From the NCBI GenBank assembly GCA_003344405.1, contig NOWV01000024.1, positions 186,001-250,000 of the forward strand: a DNA stretch of 64,000 nt. The letters are read 5' to 3'. Below the pieces are notes generated by a model. It saw only the letters and a program-made list of their open reading frames with translations. It did no database searches and was not told the origin of the DNA. The translations under genes were made by a program, and so were the position numbers. Positions 12,190 through 26,000 of this stretch are shown piece after piece. The first letter of the stretch is position 1; each line of letters starts with the position of its first letter. The stretch comes from Trichoplax sp. H2. Lineage: Eukaryota.

Positions 12190-15100
12190 TAATCGATCGT
12201 CATTTCTTTTAGATATGTTCGTAAGTAATAAGGATATTAAGCTAGTTCAAACTTGAACAACTCGTCAAGAAATTGCAATAGATATTCTAGTGGTGTTCTT
12301 ACCGTTAGCTAGCACATGTTATTGCCGCCTACAGATATAAAATTGAAAAAAAATGGCCAAAATACATAACAAAGCTTCTATTTAGACGACGAAAAAGGCC
12401 TTAACCAAAAAAGTAACCATTCATATTCGTATATGATCATTATTGAATTTATATTTTGCAAGTCGTTCTCTTCATCGCATTACGCTATCCTAACCTGTAA
12501 GGCTCTTCCTTAAACCAGTTAGTACGACTTGATAATGAGATAGTACGCTTTTTTAAGTATATCGTGAACGAATAATATGGTCACGAATCGTGACAAATTG
12601 ACCACTAAATTTATAACTTACGGGATTGGTGAATATACTCATATAACGTACTTATAGTGTTAATGATGAAATTTATCGCCTCATCATCGAAATTTTTTAT
12701 GTCTGGATAATTAAACTTTTGAACTCAGATGAGATGATGTAGATTTTTTAAATCGAAATCATTCGATTGATGATCACATAAAGAGGTGGAATATAAAGTT
12801 TAGGATTTAGACTCATCGTCATTCGTGCTGCTATTTGCAGCAAATATTGTACTGTATGCAATCCAGTTGAGAACTTAGTATACCTGCTCATACATTGTTT
12901 ATTATCCAGGCCATTATCGAAGGAGGAGCAACTACATTTAAAATATAATCGTATGCCTAAAGTTGAAAACTACAACCCAGTTGAAATCAGTATTAGAGAG
13001 AAATGGTGTCGAAATAAGTTAATTTAATGTTTATTAGGGTTCCATTCTGACTGATTAGTCTCTAATTTGATTCCAATCAACTTAATATTGTATCCTAGTT
13101 TTATATCACAGTAATTTTTGGTTTAGTTATAGATATTCATTTCATATTATCATCCTATTTCGCCTGGAGCAACATAGGACTACACTATGACTGATATAGA
13201 TGCCATTGATTATATTGTTCTTGTTAGCATAATTAGCTAATATAAAATTCCTATGTACCTTGATCTCGAATTTGAATTTTTGTGGAAATAATATATATCA
13301 ATATAGAGTTACTATAGTTTACAAGGAGTAAAAGAGTGGATGATTAGTGCAATTATTGCTGTCCTGTGTAAACTATCTTTCGCATTTCTGCTAAATTCTA
13401 GAGTGGAGACAACCATAAATGCATCGCAATAATCAAAATACTCCGTTCATCTATTAAAAATGCTTTTCCATTAATGAGAGGATTAACCGTACAGTAAGTT
13501 GAGAGACTGGAATTGCAATGTTTCTGTAGATTTAGCTATTAGTAGGACTTGCAAATGTTGAGAGTTGCTATCCTCGATATCTATCATTTTAAACTACTAC
13601 ATTATCTGTTTATTAACTAAGGGATTATGAATCAATAATAATTCATGTTTTAAAGCATTAGAATTCGATGCTAATGCTCTTCGGTATATTGTTAGTAGAC
13701 CAAAGAAATCAATTCACTTCATCTATTTCGTTAATTAACTTCGTCTAATCTAGAATTAATAAATTAAATAAATGGCATTCTCATAATATTTAGTTGCGTG
13801 ACCTAGGTTCTTATTTTTCGGCTTTTCATTACCAAATGGAGATTAAAATATGATGAAATGATCAGTCAGAATAATAGTAGAATACATTCATCTGTTAAAA
13901 ACTGTTACGATGAATCTTTAATGTAGCATTTACTGATGATATATGGGTAACTAATTGTAAGGCTACTTTTAGAATTTTTTATCAACTTCAAGGGCTGTCA
14001 GTAGCTGTCAGTAATTAGTCAACATTCAGTACATGTTATATAGTACTTCGATTTAGGAAGAGTAGACAGACATAAATGAATATGAATTGAAATTTACACC
14101 TTAACGACATCAATATGTCGAAGACTTATGATTAACCGGGGACATTGATTTTGGATCACTGAGATACTCCTAGTATGAATAAATTTTGAAAGGTAGACAC
14201 AGAACTCAATATATTATGACATCAAAGCAATATCTACCGTCACGAGGAAAAAAATGAAGTTTATTGTTATGACAGTCTCAAAGTATATTACATTTTTACC
14301 AATCACCAATAATTTTTAAAGGATATTGTTTTTACATGATTAGAAAATTTTATATACGCTACATGGGATAATTTGAAAGCGAAATAGTAGTCCGTACAGT
14401 AAGTGGACAAATGAGTTTATATTGCCGACTATGAAAGTATTTCCGCACTTTATGATAGTCTTCTACGAATCGAAGGCTAAAACTGCTTAGCGATATTTTT
14501 AATAATAATTGATAAACTATGATCATCTTCACCATTACAAGAATCGAAATGAGAAATGGAGAAATTAATTTTAGCATTAATTCAAGCACTATACAGCACT
14601 TTAACGATGTTCGACAGTTTTGAGCATTTGACTGTGTGATTAAAGCTTCTTAACAGCCACAATTAATAAAGACAATAATTGAGTTTTCTTCTATTGGCAC
14701 ATTTATGAGGTAAAATGACGTAAAGAAAATTAAAAGAATCTAAGAATCTATTATACTTTATATAACGTTTACCAACATTTGCTTAATATTATACGAGTAA
14801 ACATTTGAAATGTTTATCTATCATATCTTAATAATAGTTTAGAATGAGCTACCATATAAATTAATTTAGTAAAGCGTTGACATAAATATAATTAAAATTC
14901 TTCCTTAACGTTTATGTTGTATCATTCATTATTATTTAATGTGATTTACCGTATTTTTGGCAAATCACGCCATCACTTGAAATATTTTCATTAACGCAGT
15001 TGTACTATTGCGTATATACCAGTATAAATAAAAAATACACAGTCAAACTAATTTTATAATATTTATAATTAACGTGCTTGTCCATTATATTCTAGTGAAA

Positions 15101-15291
15101 GATTAACAGTTAAAGCTTAAGAGATCAAAAAACATCAACTTCGATGCTAGATTCAAAGGATGAAAAGAATTCACGCTAAAAGCTAATTTTCAGCCTATGC
15201 ATTGACAGTACCGGTATCTATTATTATACAAGGCAATTAAGAATAAAAAGAAGACATTTTCTTGCTGGATAACATGAAAGAAAAAGAAAAA

Positions 15292-18098
15292 ATGTACTTG
15301 CTTTACATGCTAACTTTAAATATTGTTAGTGGGGTAATTAATGCCTGCCAAACATGTAATCAACCGTTAGCTAGTTTTAGTCAGGAATATATTCCTTATT
15401 CGAGCTTGGACATTGGTCTTTCGAATGATAAAAATATCTCAATAGACTCTCAAGAATCGACATTATTTGATGAAATTCAATCAAATAACATAAATCTACA
15501 ATCTGGTTATAATGAATTAGATAATTCTATGAACCTATTTACTGAAGAATTGAAGACTAGCATAGCAAACAATGTACCATCACAGTTTTCGAATCAATAT
15601 TCCGGGATTGCATATTCTATGGAAATGTTAGCCAGTAGTCCTCTTAATGAAAATACGTTAGGTAAGCCATAAATCAGTAACCAAGCTAACCGTTATTAAT
15701 TATTTAATACGCTTTTGCCACGGATGATGATTTTGTTTCCTGTTACTAATCTTTTGATGGTGCTTAATACAAAATTTTATTAGATCCAGCAGAAAGTTCT
15801 TTTGTGGATTTATGGTCTACTGAAAATTTTGATGCGAGTTCCGGATTTGAGCTAGTTCATACAATTGTAACGACACTATTTGATGATCAACAAACTGTAA
15901 GTATCGAATCTAAGCATCAAACAGTTACTGCAACACCCACGACAGAATCATTTATTCCTGAATTTACGATCAGTGATAAAGATTCTGGTTCAAACCAATT
16001 AGAAGTAACTTCGTATCCTTATAATACATGGGATTCCATTGATGTTTATAATACTCTGTACATCACATCTGAATTACTATTAGTAAAATCAACAGAACCA
16101 TCCTCATCCACGCTTAATTCTGAGTATCTCATTTTGGAATCAATGAGCACTGATGATTTAATTATTACTAGCACTAGTTCATCCCAGCTTGATGAGATAG
16201 ACGAATCAGGAATAATCAATTTTAACAGCCATACAACATCTATGGTGATATTTACATATTCAGTAGACATATATTCTTATTCTCCATCTCATAAAACACA
16301 AATGCTATCGGATAAAACGGTATCCAAGAACCCGGATAGTTCTTTATTCGAAGTGACATCGATTTCAAATCAATTTTCAGGTTTCAGCGGCAATTCTATT
16401 ACTCCGTCAACTTATTTACAAAATACGCTCTCGACACTAGGACTGGCTTCTAGTAGTAGCTACCTATCGGCTGTTGAAATTTCTGAGATTTCTTATTTAC
16501 AATCAAGTCCGCCGGATAGCTCTTTGGAATTACTTGATACTCAAAAAACTGCAATTTATCCTGAATTCAGTACTTCTAACGAAATGATGAGCTCTTCTAA
16601 TTATCTATTTACTTCTTGTTTATCGAGATGCGATAGCCTCAGTTACACAACATCAATTTCAAGCTATTCCATAAATTCAATCAAAGAGATTTTCTTCCAG
16701 CTAGAATCTGCAATAACTAGCAGCTATGAAAGTTCTTGCTATCCATCCTGCACGCTAAGTCAGAGTCTGCAGCTGGAAGTTACTGAGTCGAGTACATCGA
16801 CTCTAAATATTAAACCAACTTCACCGTTAGCTAATGTAACATCAACCATTAATGCCATGTATCCCATTGTAATACAAAATATAGGAGCATTAAACGCGAT
16901 AGAAGGAATAGTATTTAATTTTAAATTGCCAAGTAATTCTTTTTATGATGTTACTGATGGCTTTACACCCAATCTAAATATTCATATGATACATAGCAAC
17001 GGTAATAATATCTCTGCTCATTCATGGATACAATTTAATGCAAATAGTCAAGCCCTATATGGCCTACCGTTGCAAGCTTCTGTTGGAAGTCATTATTACA
17101 ATTTCACTATCACAAATACGAAAGGTTTTACACTCCTCTATCCTATTACGATTAATGTAAGAAAGATGTATATAAATGCAACTATCAAAGATTATTCTAG
17201 ATTTATATTAGCTATTGATAAGCCTTTACAGCTATTTGCAAACGTTAGTAAAAGAATTGATTTAATTTCGAGAATTGCGTCTTATTTTGGTGACTCAAAT
17301 ACAAGTTATATTACAACTTTGTCGCTTACTAATGGTTCGACAATTATAACATGGACTAATGCAACCATTCCTCCCAAATTATGCAGCTCTTCTTTATTTG
17401 AGAGGTTGACAACGTTGCTTGTCGATGCAAATGGCAAGGCAATCAATAAATTTGTTGTAGCAATGTTGCCTGAATATCCTATTATATCAGTAGTAAGAGA
17501 GTTATCGCAATCATGCAATCAAAATTCTAATTCTTCACCATCTATCTTAACAATTGTTTTAGTTCCAACGAGTATATTACTACTAATCATAATTATTATC
17601 ACTCTAATAATTGTTATGCGTAAAAGATATGGAACCAAAGAGCCTGATTTGGAGTTGCATACATTTTACAAGTCTCGTAAGCCAATGGTTATGGTTAAAG
17701 AATTAGAACCACCAATGCCTATAGCACTATCGCCTGAAAGCGACGTTAAAGATGCTATTATAATACCTGAAAAATCTTATGTAAATGAATTCGATAAGAA
17801 AGAACCTAGTTTATCGAGTTCTGGCGGTAGCTCTTTGTCGCTTGATAGTTTGGGAACGACATCATTTTGCCCCAAAGAACACGAGAAAGAGCTAGAATCA
17901 CTATTTAGTGATGCTAATAGAACTCGAGATATATCATCTCCAGATAGCTACCATTCCTTTTTGCAACAAAGTATGTCATTGTCTTGTTCGTTAGATCGAA
18001 GTAAAGATTATGATGACGAATTTTGCTTAGATTCTCCGTCGTTGACCTCAGGTTATAGTACTAATAGAGATGAAGAAATGACTGAATATAATATATAG
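15292..18098 (+). CDS. DAG1: Dystroglycan-like type I membrane protein (exons 15292[or 15274]-15661, 15784-18098)
   Basis: Signal peptide MYLLYMLTLNIVSGVINA; long Ser/Thr mucin-like region; CADG-type cadherin-like domain (FKLPSNSFYD..SWIQFNANSQALYGLP); SEA/S72 module with NG|STIITWTN matching the dystroglycan G|SIVVEWTN cleavage site; one TM helix; KPMVMVKELE resembling PIIFADELD. Orthology versus paralogy is not established. Confidence 0.8.
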
Positions 18099-18445
18099 TG
18101 ATGCATTTATTGATGTGCATGACTTTGATTCTAACGTGTATTAACATAAACTTTTACAATACATTCGAACTTTATGCTATATTATTATCACAACGAATTT
18201 GAAATTTATTCATAAATCGATCACTATTATTATTGAAAACTTAGTTGCTGATGTAGTTGTCATATTAACCTACTGTACAAGAGCGATAAGGCGTTTTGAC
18301 ATAGCATTTTCTGCAAGAGTTTATTTATTTTGTAATCTTTTAAAAATAGAAAAAAAGTTGCTATCTTTGCAAAGGGAGCAATAAGCCTACAACAATAATC
18401 TCATTCAAATAAATTTACAAGAATTACTATAATTGATTTGTCATG

Positions 18446-21390
18446 TTATGGTGGTATTCGATCGAAAGGGTCTAGATCAGCAAAGCATGAATCAAATACT
18501 GTATCAACAGCATTTCTAGCTTCATTTTCGTCAACATCCATCACACATAAAATAGATTTTACAGCTCGATCTTTGACACATTTCTAAAATAGAAAATATT
18601 CAAGATTGGGTATATTATTGACTAAGGCACGCTTAATAGCCAACATGCAGTTATGATGCATAGTTTGCACAGTTTACTTTTATGTAAGCTGGAATGATCA
18701 AAGTGTAATAGATTACCTGCTGATGTTGTTTCAAGCCAAAGTTAAAACGAGCTAAATTTTCTTTCCAAAAGAAACAATCACCGCTAAGATTTGCGGCTCT
18801 AATCTACGAGAGACAGTAAATACAACATAAACATGAGAATAGAAATAAGCATTTCATGCTTACTTGGCCTTTAATCCAACATTTCTAGATTTTAACTATA
18901 CTTTACACATGTAGGTGCTAGTCCAGATACAGTATGAAATTGAAGGCACACAAAACGTCATGATCATAGTACAGGTCAGACAGACTATTAACTATACATA
19001 CCAATACAGCATAATTTTAGCAACAGATTCTAACCTCAGAGCAAGCAAGATGATGAATATTTCGCCAGTCGACATGGGCTCTACAGTGATCATACGCATG
19101 GATTAACTCATGCGTAAGTACGTCTTTCATACATCCCGGAGAATATATAGTATTCTCGCATAAGACTATCTGAAATATTAGCCAGCAAAAGAAAAATGGA
19201 AATGCAAGTATCTAACTGGCTCTTCAATAAAATTATCGTTAAATTCAATGAATTTGAGTAGAACCCTATCTTAACATAAAATGAAGCTCAATCTAGTTAC
19301 TATTCTTCATTCTAGAATAGAGTGGAATCATTTACAGAATAGACTACAGATAAAATAAACTACTGTTTCTACAACAAGCTAGAATTTATCATTGCTATCG
19401 AAATAGAATTTAGCTAAATATATCGAAATTGGGACTAGCAAGATAAAATTAGTTGTAGTATCATTATGTGATATGATATTACCTGTGAAGCTCGGCTATC
19501 GAATCCGCCAAGAACGTTGCCTGAACAAGGCTCACACACTAGTTGTTTTTCAATATTAACTTCACTAACAACAGACAGTAAGACATAAAGTATAAACATA
19601 GTGATTGATAAAGTTAACATTACAAAGTTGTGACCTATTTCTATTACTATAGTGTTAACTATAATAGTGTACCGGTGGAAACTTTATTAGGATAAAACTG
19701 AATTTCTCACGATGCAACATCACTCGTTGGTGATAAATTATTACATATTAGAGAATAGTATCTTTTGCATAGTAGCAATAGATCCAAAGGTTACGAAGAT
19801 ACTACAGTTTCTAGATGTACTTTACTGTCATTACTGCTAGAGGATCCTTGGCTGTAAATGATTACTGCTATTGGTGATGATTTTGCTTCAATGCTATTCT
19901 ACTTATGCTATCTTTAACTTAACATTCATCTTGTCCTTAGCATCATACTATGACATGTAAGCTAAGGTTTAACGGAAATATAACTTCAATGTAGTCATGC
20001 CGTACTGTAAGCTAGGATCATTTACAGTCAGGTAAATCATTCCAATAGGAAATTATTTTTAGCAATTGCCATTAATACGGTATTCTATGCGTGTAGTTTA
20101 GTTCTTGTCGACTTACCATCCAAGCTTCTTCATTGATTCTAGCATGAATTTAACATAGGGCGCTAAAAAAAAAATAATTCAAAAAATAAATTGTAAATCG
20201 CTATTCGAATGTGGTACTGTAGTAAGTTACTATTGATTGAAGTGGATCGCTACTGAGCTCTAGTATGTACTGGATTTCCATAGCAGTAACGACTTTCATA
20301 CTTGACAAGTAGCGAGATGTACGAGTATCAAGTACCGAGCTACAGCGTATCTACTGAATTTGTATAATACCAATGCTTTTTATGCTTGGCAGGTAGCAAG
20401 ATGGCGAAAGTTAATCGCTAGTTTTGATATCACGATCATCTCTACTGAGCACTAATCGTTCCTACGCATTACTAATGCCAGACTTTTGTCGTTTACTGTA
20501 TCAACTTGACAAGTAGCGAGATGTACGAGTATCAAGTTAATTGCTACCGAGCTACAGCGTATCTACTGAATTTGTATAACACCAATGCTTTTTATACTTG
20601 GCAGGTAGGGAAATGGCGAAAGTTAATCGCTAGTTTTGATATCACGATGATCGCTACTGAGCTCCAGTCGTTCCTACGCATTGCTATTGCAAGACTTTTG
20701 TCGCTTATTGCATCAATACTATTTGCTACTAGATAACGTCATACTACACTTAAAATACTCAAGCTTCGATCTATCTTATTCTACCCATTCATCATGGTAG
20801 ACACTACAAAATTGCATGGATTTCTTCTATGTTGACATGTCGACTTTCGACAGCTCGTCCATCAACGTATCTTGCATGCAAGCCTATTAGCCTATTCCAT
20901 CATGATTAAGTGGGATGCAAAAGGGACATATCTGAACACCTTATGCATGTTATGCTGTACAGATGGCTTCAAGAGTAATTTAGATCATAAGAAACTGTAC
21001 TATACTTTAGTCTATTCTAAGTGTAAAGCTTTAGATCATAAGAAACTGTACTATACTTTAGTCTTTTATAAGTGTAAAGCAGTGGCCAAGAGCCATTCTA
21101 TCTTGCTCCAATGGACCTAGCAAGTCCTGTGGTCTACCGTAGTTGAATTCATTCATCAAGTTGACGACACGAGGTTTATAGCAAAGCTGGCCATGTTAGC
21201 CTACTGCCAGCTTTGCAATCCATCGGTACAATCGTCATTATCATTCATCAACATAGCAAATGGACTTACATCGTATGGCATAATTTTTCCACTTCTCGCA
21301 CACAACATGATGCTTATTATTGCTGCCAAAAGGGCCATGTCGAGCAGGATAATTGATTCTTTCTGCTTCGGAGCTTTCTTGCTCAGCCAT
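18446..21390 (-). CDS. ATP23: Mitochondrial inner membrane metalloprotease ATP23 (XRCC6BP1), 202 aa; exons 21390-21270, 20162-20117, 19564-19483, 19169-19035, 18803-18717, 18583-18446
   Basis: [108 protein letters not shown]. It has the HEXXH motif, and six phase-compatible exons total 609 nt. Confidence 0.95.
20300..20717. repeat. Tandem duplication (~205 bp unit x2) in ATP23 intron 1
   Basis: acttgacaagtagcgagatgtacgagtatcaagt...tcgttcctacgcatt...gacttttgtcg starts at ~20300 and again at ~20504. Confidence 0.9.
20979..21080. repeat. Tandem repeat 51 bp x2 in ATP23 intron 1
   Basis: tttagatcataagaaactgtactatactttagtct.tt.taagtgtaaagc occurs twice. Confidence 0.9.
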
Positions 21391-21597
21391 TTGGATATGC
21401 CACTATTTCTCCACGGATCACTCAATGCAGTCTACCCACTCTGAGATGCATCACGTCCACTAGGTTTTATATACGTTAACGTCCAGTACGCTTCTACAGT
21501 ACTAAACCAGTAAGGCAACGATCATGTCCAAATCGGGCTGCAGCGATACTCCAATTGTATGACGTTATTACTGGCGTGATTGCGTTATGCTGCACTG

Positions 21598-21712
21598 ATT
21601 ACAGACTACAGGACGGCATTACGGTACAGGACGGTATTACGGTAGGTTCTTACGGTACAGTACGGTATTACGGTACAGTACGGTACAGTACTGTAACGCA
21701 CTCTACAGTACA
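21598..21712. repeat. (TACGGTACAG)n-like degenerate micro/minisatellite upstream of ATP23
   Basis: ttacggtacaggacggtattacggtaggttcttacggtacagtacggtattacggtacagtacggtacagtactgta. Confidence 0.8.
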
Positions 21713-21749
21713 ATGAATTGTAAAGTCCAATTCCACTTAGTACTGTAGC

Positions 21750-21931
21750 GTCATGATATTTTAGCTAGAATTTCAACATATAAATTGATTTTTTTAAAAC
21801 ATTTTTTATTACGATATTTGAATTTTTAAACATTGAAGCTATCAAATGATACAAGATTTGTCTAATAAGGACTTGAAATTATAATTTCATATAATTTTAA
21901 ACAATGGGAAAGACTTATGAGACACCCTGTA
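21750..21931. mobile_element. Truncated Tc1/mariner-type MITE, one end only
   Basis: The right end reads, on the minus strand, TA-CAGGGTGTCTCATAAG, a typical TA-flanked CAGGGTG terminus of the Tc1/mariner superfamily. No matching left end was found and the left boundary is approximate. Confidence 0.55.
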
Positions 21932-21960
21932 CTCTACTGACTGTGTAAACTCGTAGAACA

Positions 21961-22218
21961 CCTGGACCGATCACTCTCAGATGGGCAGACATTTTCGGCT
22001 TCATCTCTTTAAAACATGGTGTCAAATATGACGCTAAATCTTATTATCTGCTGCTCAGTTCCGCTTGGAGACAGTTATATAAGATCATCGATGTTATTAG
22101 TTCTATCGGTGGTTTAGAAAACAGACGCGGAAGATCCATACGAAGTAGCCATTTTTGGATCATGAAGGCCTTATTGGATAAGTAAAGTCCATCTGTCCGA
22201 AGGAGTGATCAGTCCAAG
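21961..22218. mobile_element. 258-bp MITE-like element with 16-bp TIRs and 12-bp imperfect flanking direct repeats
   Basis: Left CCTGGACCGATCACTC versus reverse complement of right end CTTGGACTGATCACTC (14/16). Flanks are ACTCGTAGAACA (21949-21960) and ACTCGTTCAACA (22219-22230). Confidence 0.6.
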
Positions 22219-23069
22219 ACTCGTTCAACAATCAAAGTTGTTTTGCGTTGAAATTCCTGTATAGTATTAATATTAAAGTATGGATATACATTTTATATAC
22301 GTAGATATAGATGAAATGATGGATCAACATAGATATTCGAATCCTACAGTATGAAGTTATTTTTGACTGTAGAATTTCTAAATCGTGTTGATCTGAAATG
22401 ACTAGCAAAATAATAAGTCGATTGCCGGACCATTTCCTATCCCTTTCATTCATTTTTAGTAGTCCATGTAACTGTAGCAAATGGAATATGCTACCAACGA
22501 ACTAGGACTTTTTAAAAGAGAATTTCTTATGTAGAACAAGGATTCCTTTTTCACATCAATTGACTTTCATAGATCAATCCTTTTTGGACGCAAAATACCG
22601 CCTACATTCAGTTTCAATGACATTCGAAATTTTAAACTCCAAATAAAACCAGAAAAGACCGACAACTGTGCGGTCTATCTTGCTTTGAATCGGGTCTATA
22701 CTGTATCTTTATTACTCTCGATTAATCATCGATAATAAATTAATTTACAGGTAGAGAGATCAAACGAGAAGCGTCTAGCTTGCATTCCAACAAGACTTGA
22801 TCATAATGTCTATTACCCAAGTTGGATCACTGAGGATCAATTCATTTAGAATAATAACCAAACAGTAAAAAATAATAAATAAAAAATGGCCATTGAAAGT
22901 AAAAGAGTCAAATTTGATCAATCATGTACAAAATTAGAATATCGCTGTAGTATAATACACAATAGGTGATCATTTTATCTAGTTTTCATAGACATCGGTA
23001 GATGGCCTATCACATAAACGATAATTTTAAATCCAGATATACATGAATAATAACGTCCATTATAAATAA

Positions 23070-26000
23070 TTAGGTATATTCAGAATCGTTCATAATTTGA
23101 GCAGAGTACGGTGTGTAAGCTCTTTCTAATTCATTTCGTCTTAGTAAGAGACCCTGAAAGGATGATAATAAAAAAGAGTCCATTTTCGTTAGTAAGAAAT
23201 AGATAACAGTTTCTAGACTGCATGCATAATCTCGTTTCCAATCCAGTATCTTCTACTTTACCTTACGCAAAGTTGCTAATTGGTCTAAAATTTCATCTTG
23301 CGGTAGATCATTGGATACAGTAGGTATAGATACAATAGGTTTACTTGGAGATGGGGTTGGATCTCGTTTTATCATAACTTGCCGCCCTAGATCTTGAATC
23401 TAGCGTACAGCATAATAAGAAGGTATAATAAATAATATGATTCGCGTACTAGGCAAAGACCGCAGATAGCTGAATTATAATAATAGCTATTTTATCATAC
23501 TTTATGCAGTAATAAGATACGGTATAAGCTAATTTCATAGGCAATATGTTACTGATATCCATAGATTTGTTTATTTCAGTCATAACGTATAGTTGAGCTA
23601 TTTCTGCCGTACCTGCTCTTTCAATTTGCGAACTTCCGCTTCTAATTCGTAATTTACTAATTTCATGGCAAGAACCTCATTGGAGGGTATAGGTGATGTT
23701 GTCTATGACAATAAACATAAATAATTGTATGATCATTATGGAATAGATTTTGCTGCTGATAGGAATATTTAGCAATATAACAGATACTGATCTCCTATCT
23801 TCAACATTATCAACAGTATTTACTCATTAAATTAACGCTTACCATAATAGGTGCAATTTCAGATCGGCTTTTTAATTCTTTCATTCCTCTATGGTTTTGA
23901 ACGACATAATTTCTCTGAGATTTCAATTCCGGTTCAGGAGTGTACATTTCTTCTGCTGGATCACGATCATACTCTACTGTTGGGCTAGGATCCGATTTTG
24001 GGTTATTAATCAATCTGATGGAAGGCTTATTATTTCTTTCAGTTCTTTCTCGTTTGTCCCCATTCGGTTTATTAGTTTTACTTTGTATACTTTTATGGGT
24101 TTTATTTTTATCATTCTGTAAGCCATTACGTCGAGCTGTAGCATTAACTTTGTCCTGTGTCTTCACTGCTCTCGACTTTGTAATTTTACTATAATTATGA
24201 CTTCCTTTGGCTTCATTTTTATCGTGACTACGAGAATCTGACTTATTTCCTTTACCCTTTTCGCGGATATCGTTGTCCACTGATTTCCTGATCTTATTTG
24301 AAGTTCTAGCGATGGCTTGTGGGCTAGTATACTCTTCTCCAGTATCCTCTCGACTGCCGTAATCTCTACAAGGGTGTATATTCCAGTTAAACTCATTTTC
24401 AATGTAATTCTAACTATAACATGATCGAAACAAGCATCAGCTTAATTAACATTCATAAGCTTATCTAGAAATAATTTCCAATTGATAATTTTAATTTACC
24501 AAAATCTGAAGCATCTCCATGATATGCTCAATTAAGTTAAATTTTGAACTCTATACGATGATAGATAGGAGTTTACAGTATCGATATACCTAAAATGGTC
24601 ATATTGGCTTTGTTGAGGAGTTATCTCTTCTTCTTTTAATCGTTCTTCTTCTTCTTCTGCCAATTGTTCAATAGGAACAGGAATAGCATGACTACTTGAA
24701 TCTAATAGTAAGCCTTCCTTCTTTCGACGAGGACTTTGTAGTTGAATGTCATCAGGATCAGAAGCATTTTGCATTACAGCTGGATCATTCGTCGGTTCAG
24801 GGATTTCTACTCTCTCCAATACGGGTACCATAGGTTTATTATAACGAGATTCCATCGGCTTTTCTCTAGCATGGCCACCTGTTGTAGTAGTTGAGGACGA
24901 AATTAACATCAATAAGTTAACATAACAGAATTCTAAAAGCTTCTATTCCTCATATGTTTACTGTATAATTATTCCATAAACAGTTTCTGAATATCGAGTT
25001 CGTGGCTTTTAAACATTAAAATCGAAAAGGCAACTATTTAACTACGAGATAGCGGACGGTAATTGAGGCAATAGTGATTGAACTGTCTAATAATGCTAAG
25101 ATAGCTACATCTTGTAGTATTGAATTTGTAAGATGATATTATAGACGCTGTTAGCGGCCTGCTATAAAATAGGGAATAACAACAAGGTATCAAACACATT
25201 CATTTACTGACCTTCTCTTCCGTATAAATTGGAAACGTCATGTCCATGTTTCTTAAGTTTTCTCATTAGCTTCTCCTTTTTAGCCTAAGACAGTAACCAT
25301 TGTAATACAGAATTCATCAATAGTGCTTAATAAATTTTAGTACTGAGATACAGGTAGCTCAACTTGGCAATTAATTAAAGTTATCGTAAGCTGGTGCTTA
25401 GATTTTCAATCATGGAATTAAAATTCACCAATTTCGCGGCTTCCTGAGCTTCTAAAATCTTTTGATATGTATTATCAACGTTATTGTTGCCTTTCCTCTT
25501 CTGTAATTGGAGTGGTGAGCACTTTGTTAATACATGTATTATAGAAATAAATCTTGATGTAGATTTTAAAAATATTTTACCTGCTTTAATTCTGAGATCA
25601 GCATTTCTTGTTGATCATCAGGAACTGCTTGATCTACCGTACTAGTATTGGATTCCAATCGTTGAATTTCTAAATTCTCTTCACGAAGAAGTTTATCTTG
25701 TTCTTGCTGCTTTATTCGTTGTTTTTCCTCCATTTGTTGTTTATTATAAAGCTACAATAGATAGAAAGAGATGATTGATACTTCTATAACTGTATTGTTT
25801 AAGCAACTGGACATAAATCATGTTTCGTATTTATTAAATAAATACAATGTATGTGCAAGGAACAGATGGTATGGTTGGGTAACAATGTGTATGTTTCTAC
25901 ACCCTATTTACTCAAAATTAATATCCCGATTCCGCTCATTTATGATCCTTTTTCATATCGTAAATTTATCGTCTTTTCTAATTTTGACAATAAAATATAA

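Noticed and set aside
16046..17518. Antisense ORFs within the dystroglycan-like exon
   Set aside because: Short shadow ORFs of the coding strand.
20300..21080. CRISPR-like array
   Set aside because: Only two-copy tandem duplications with no unique spacers, inside a eukaryotic intron.
21193..21444. Listed ORFs 21193-21444 (+) and 21201-21425 (-)
   Set aside because: They are shadow frames. The real coding frame is ATP23 exon 1 starting at 21390.
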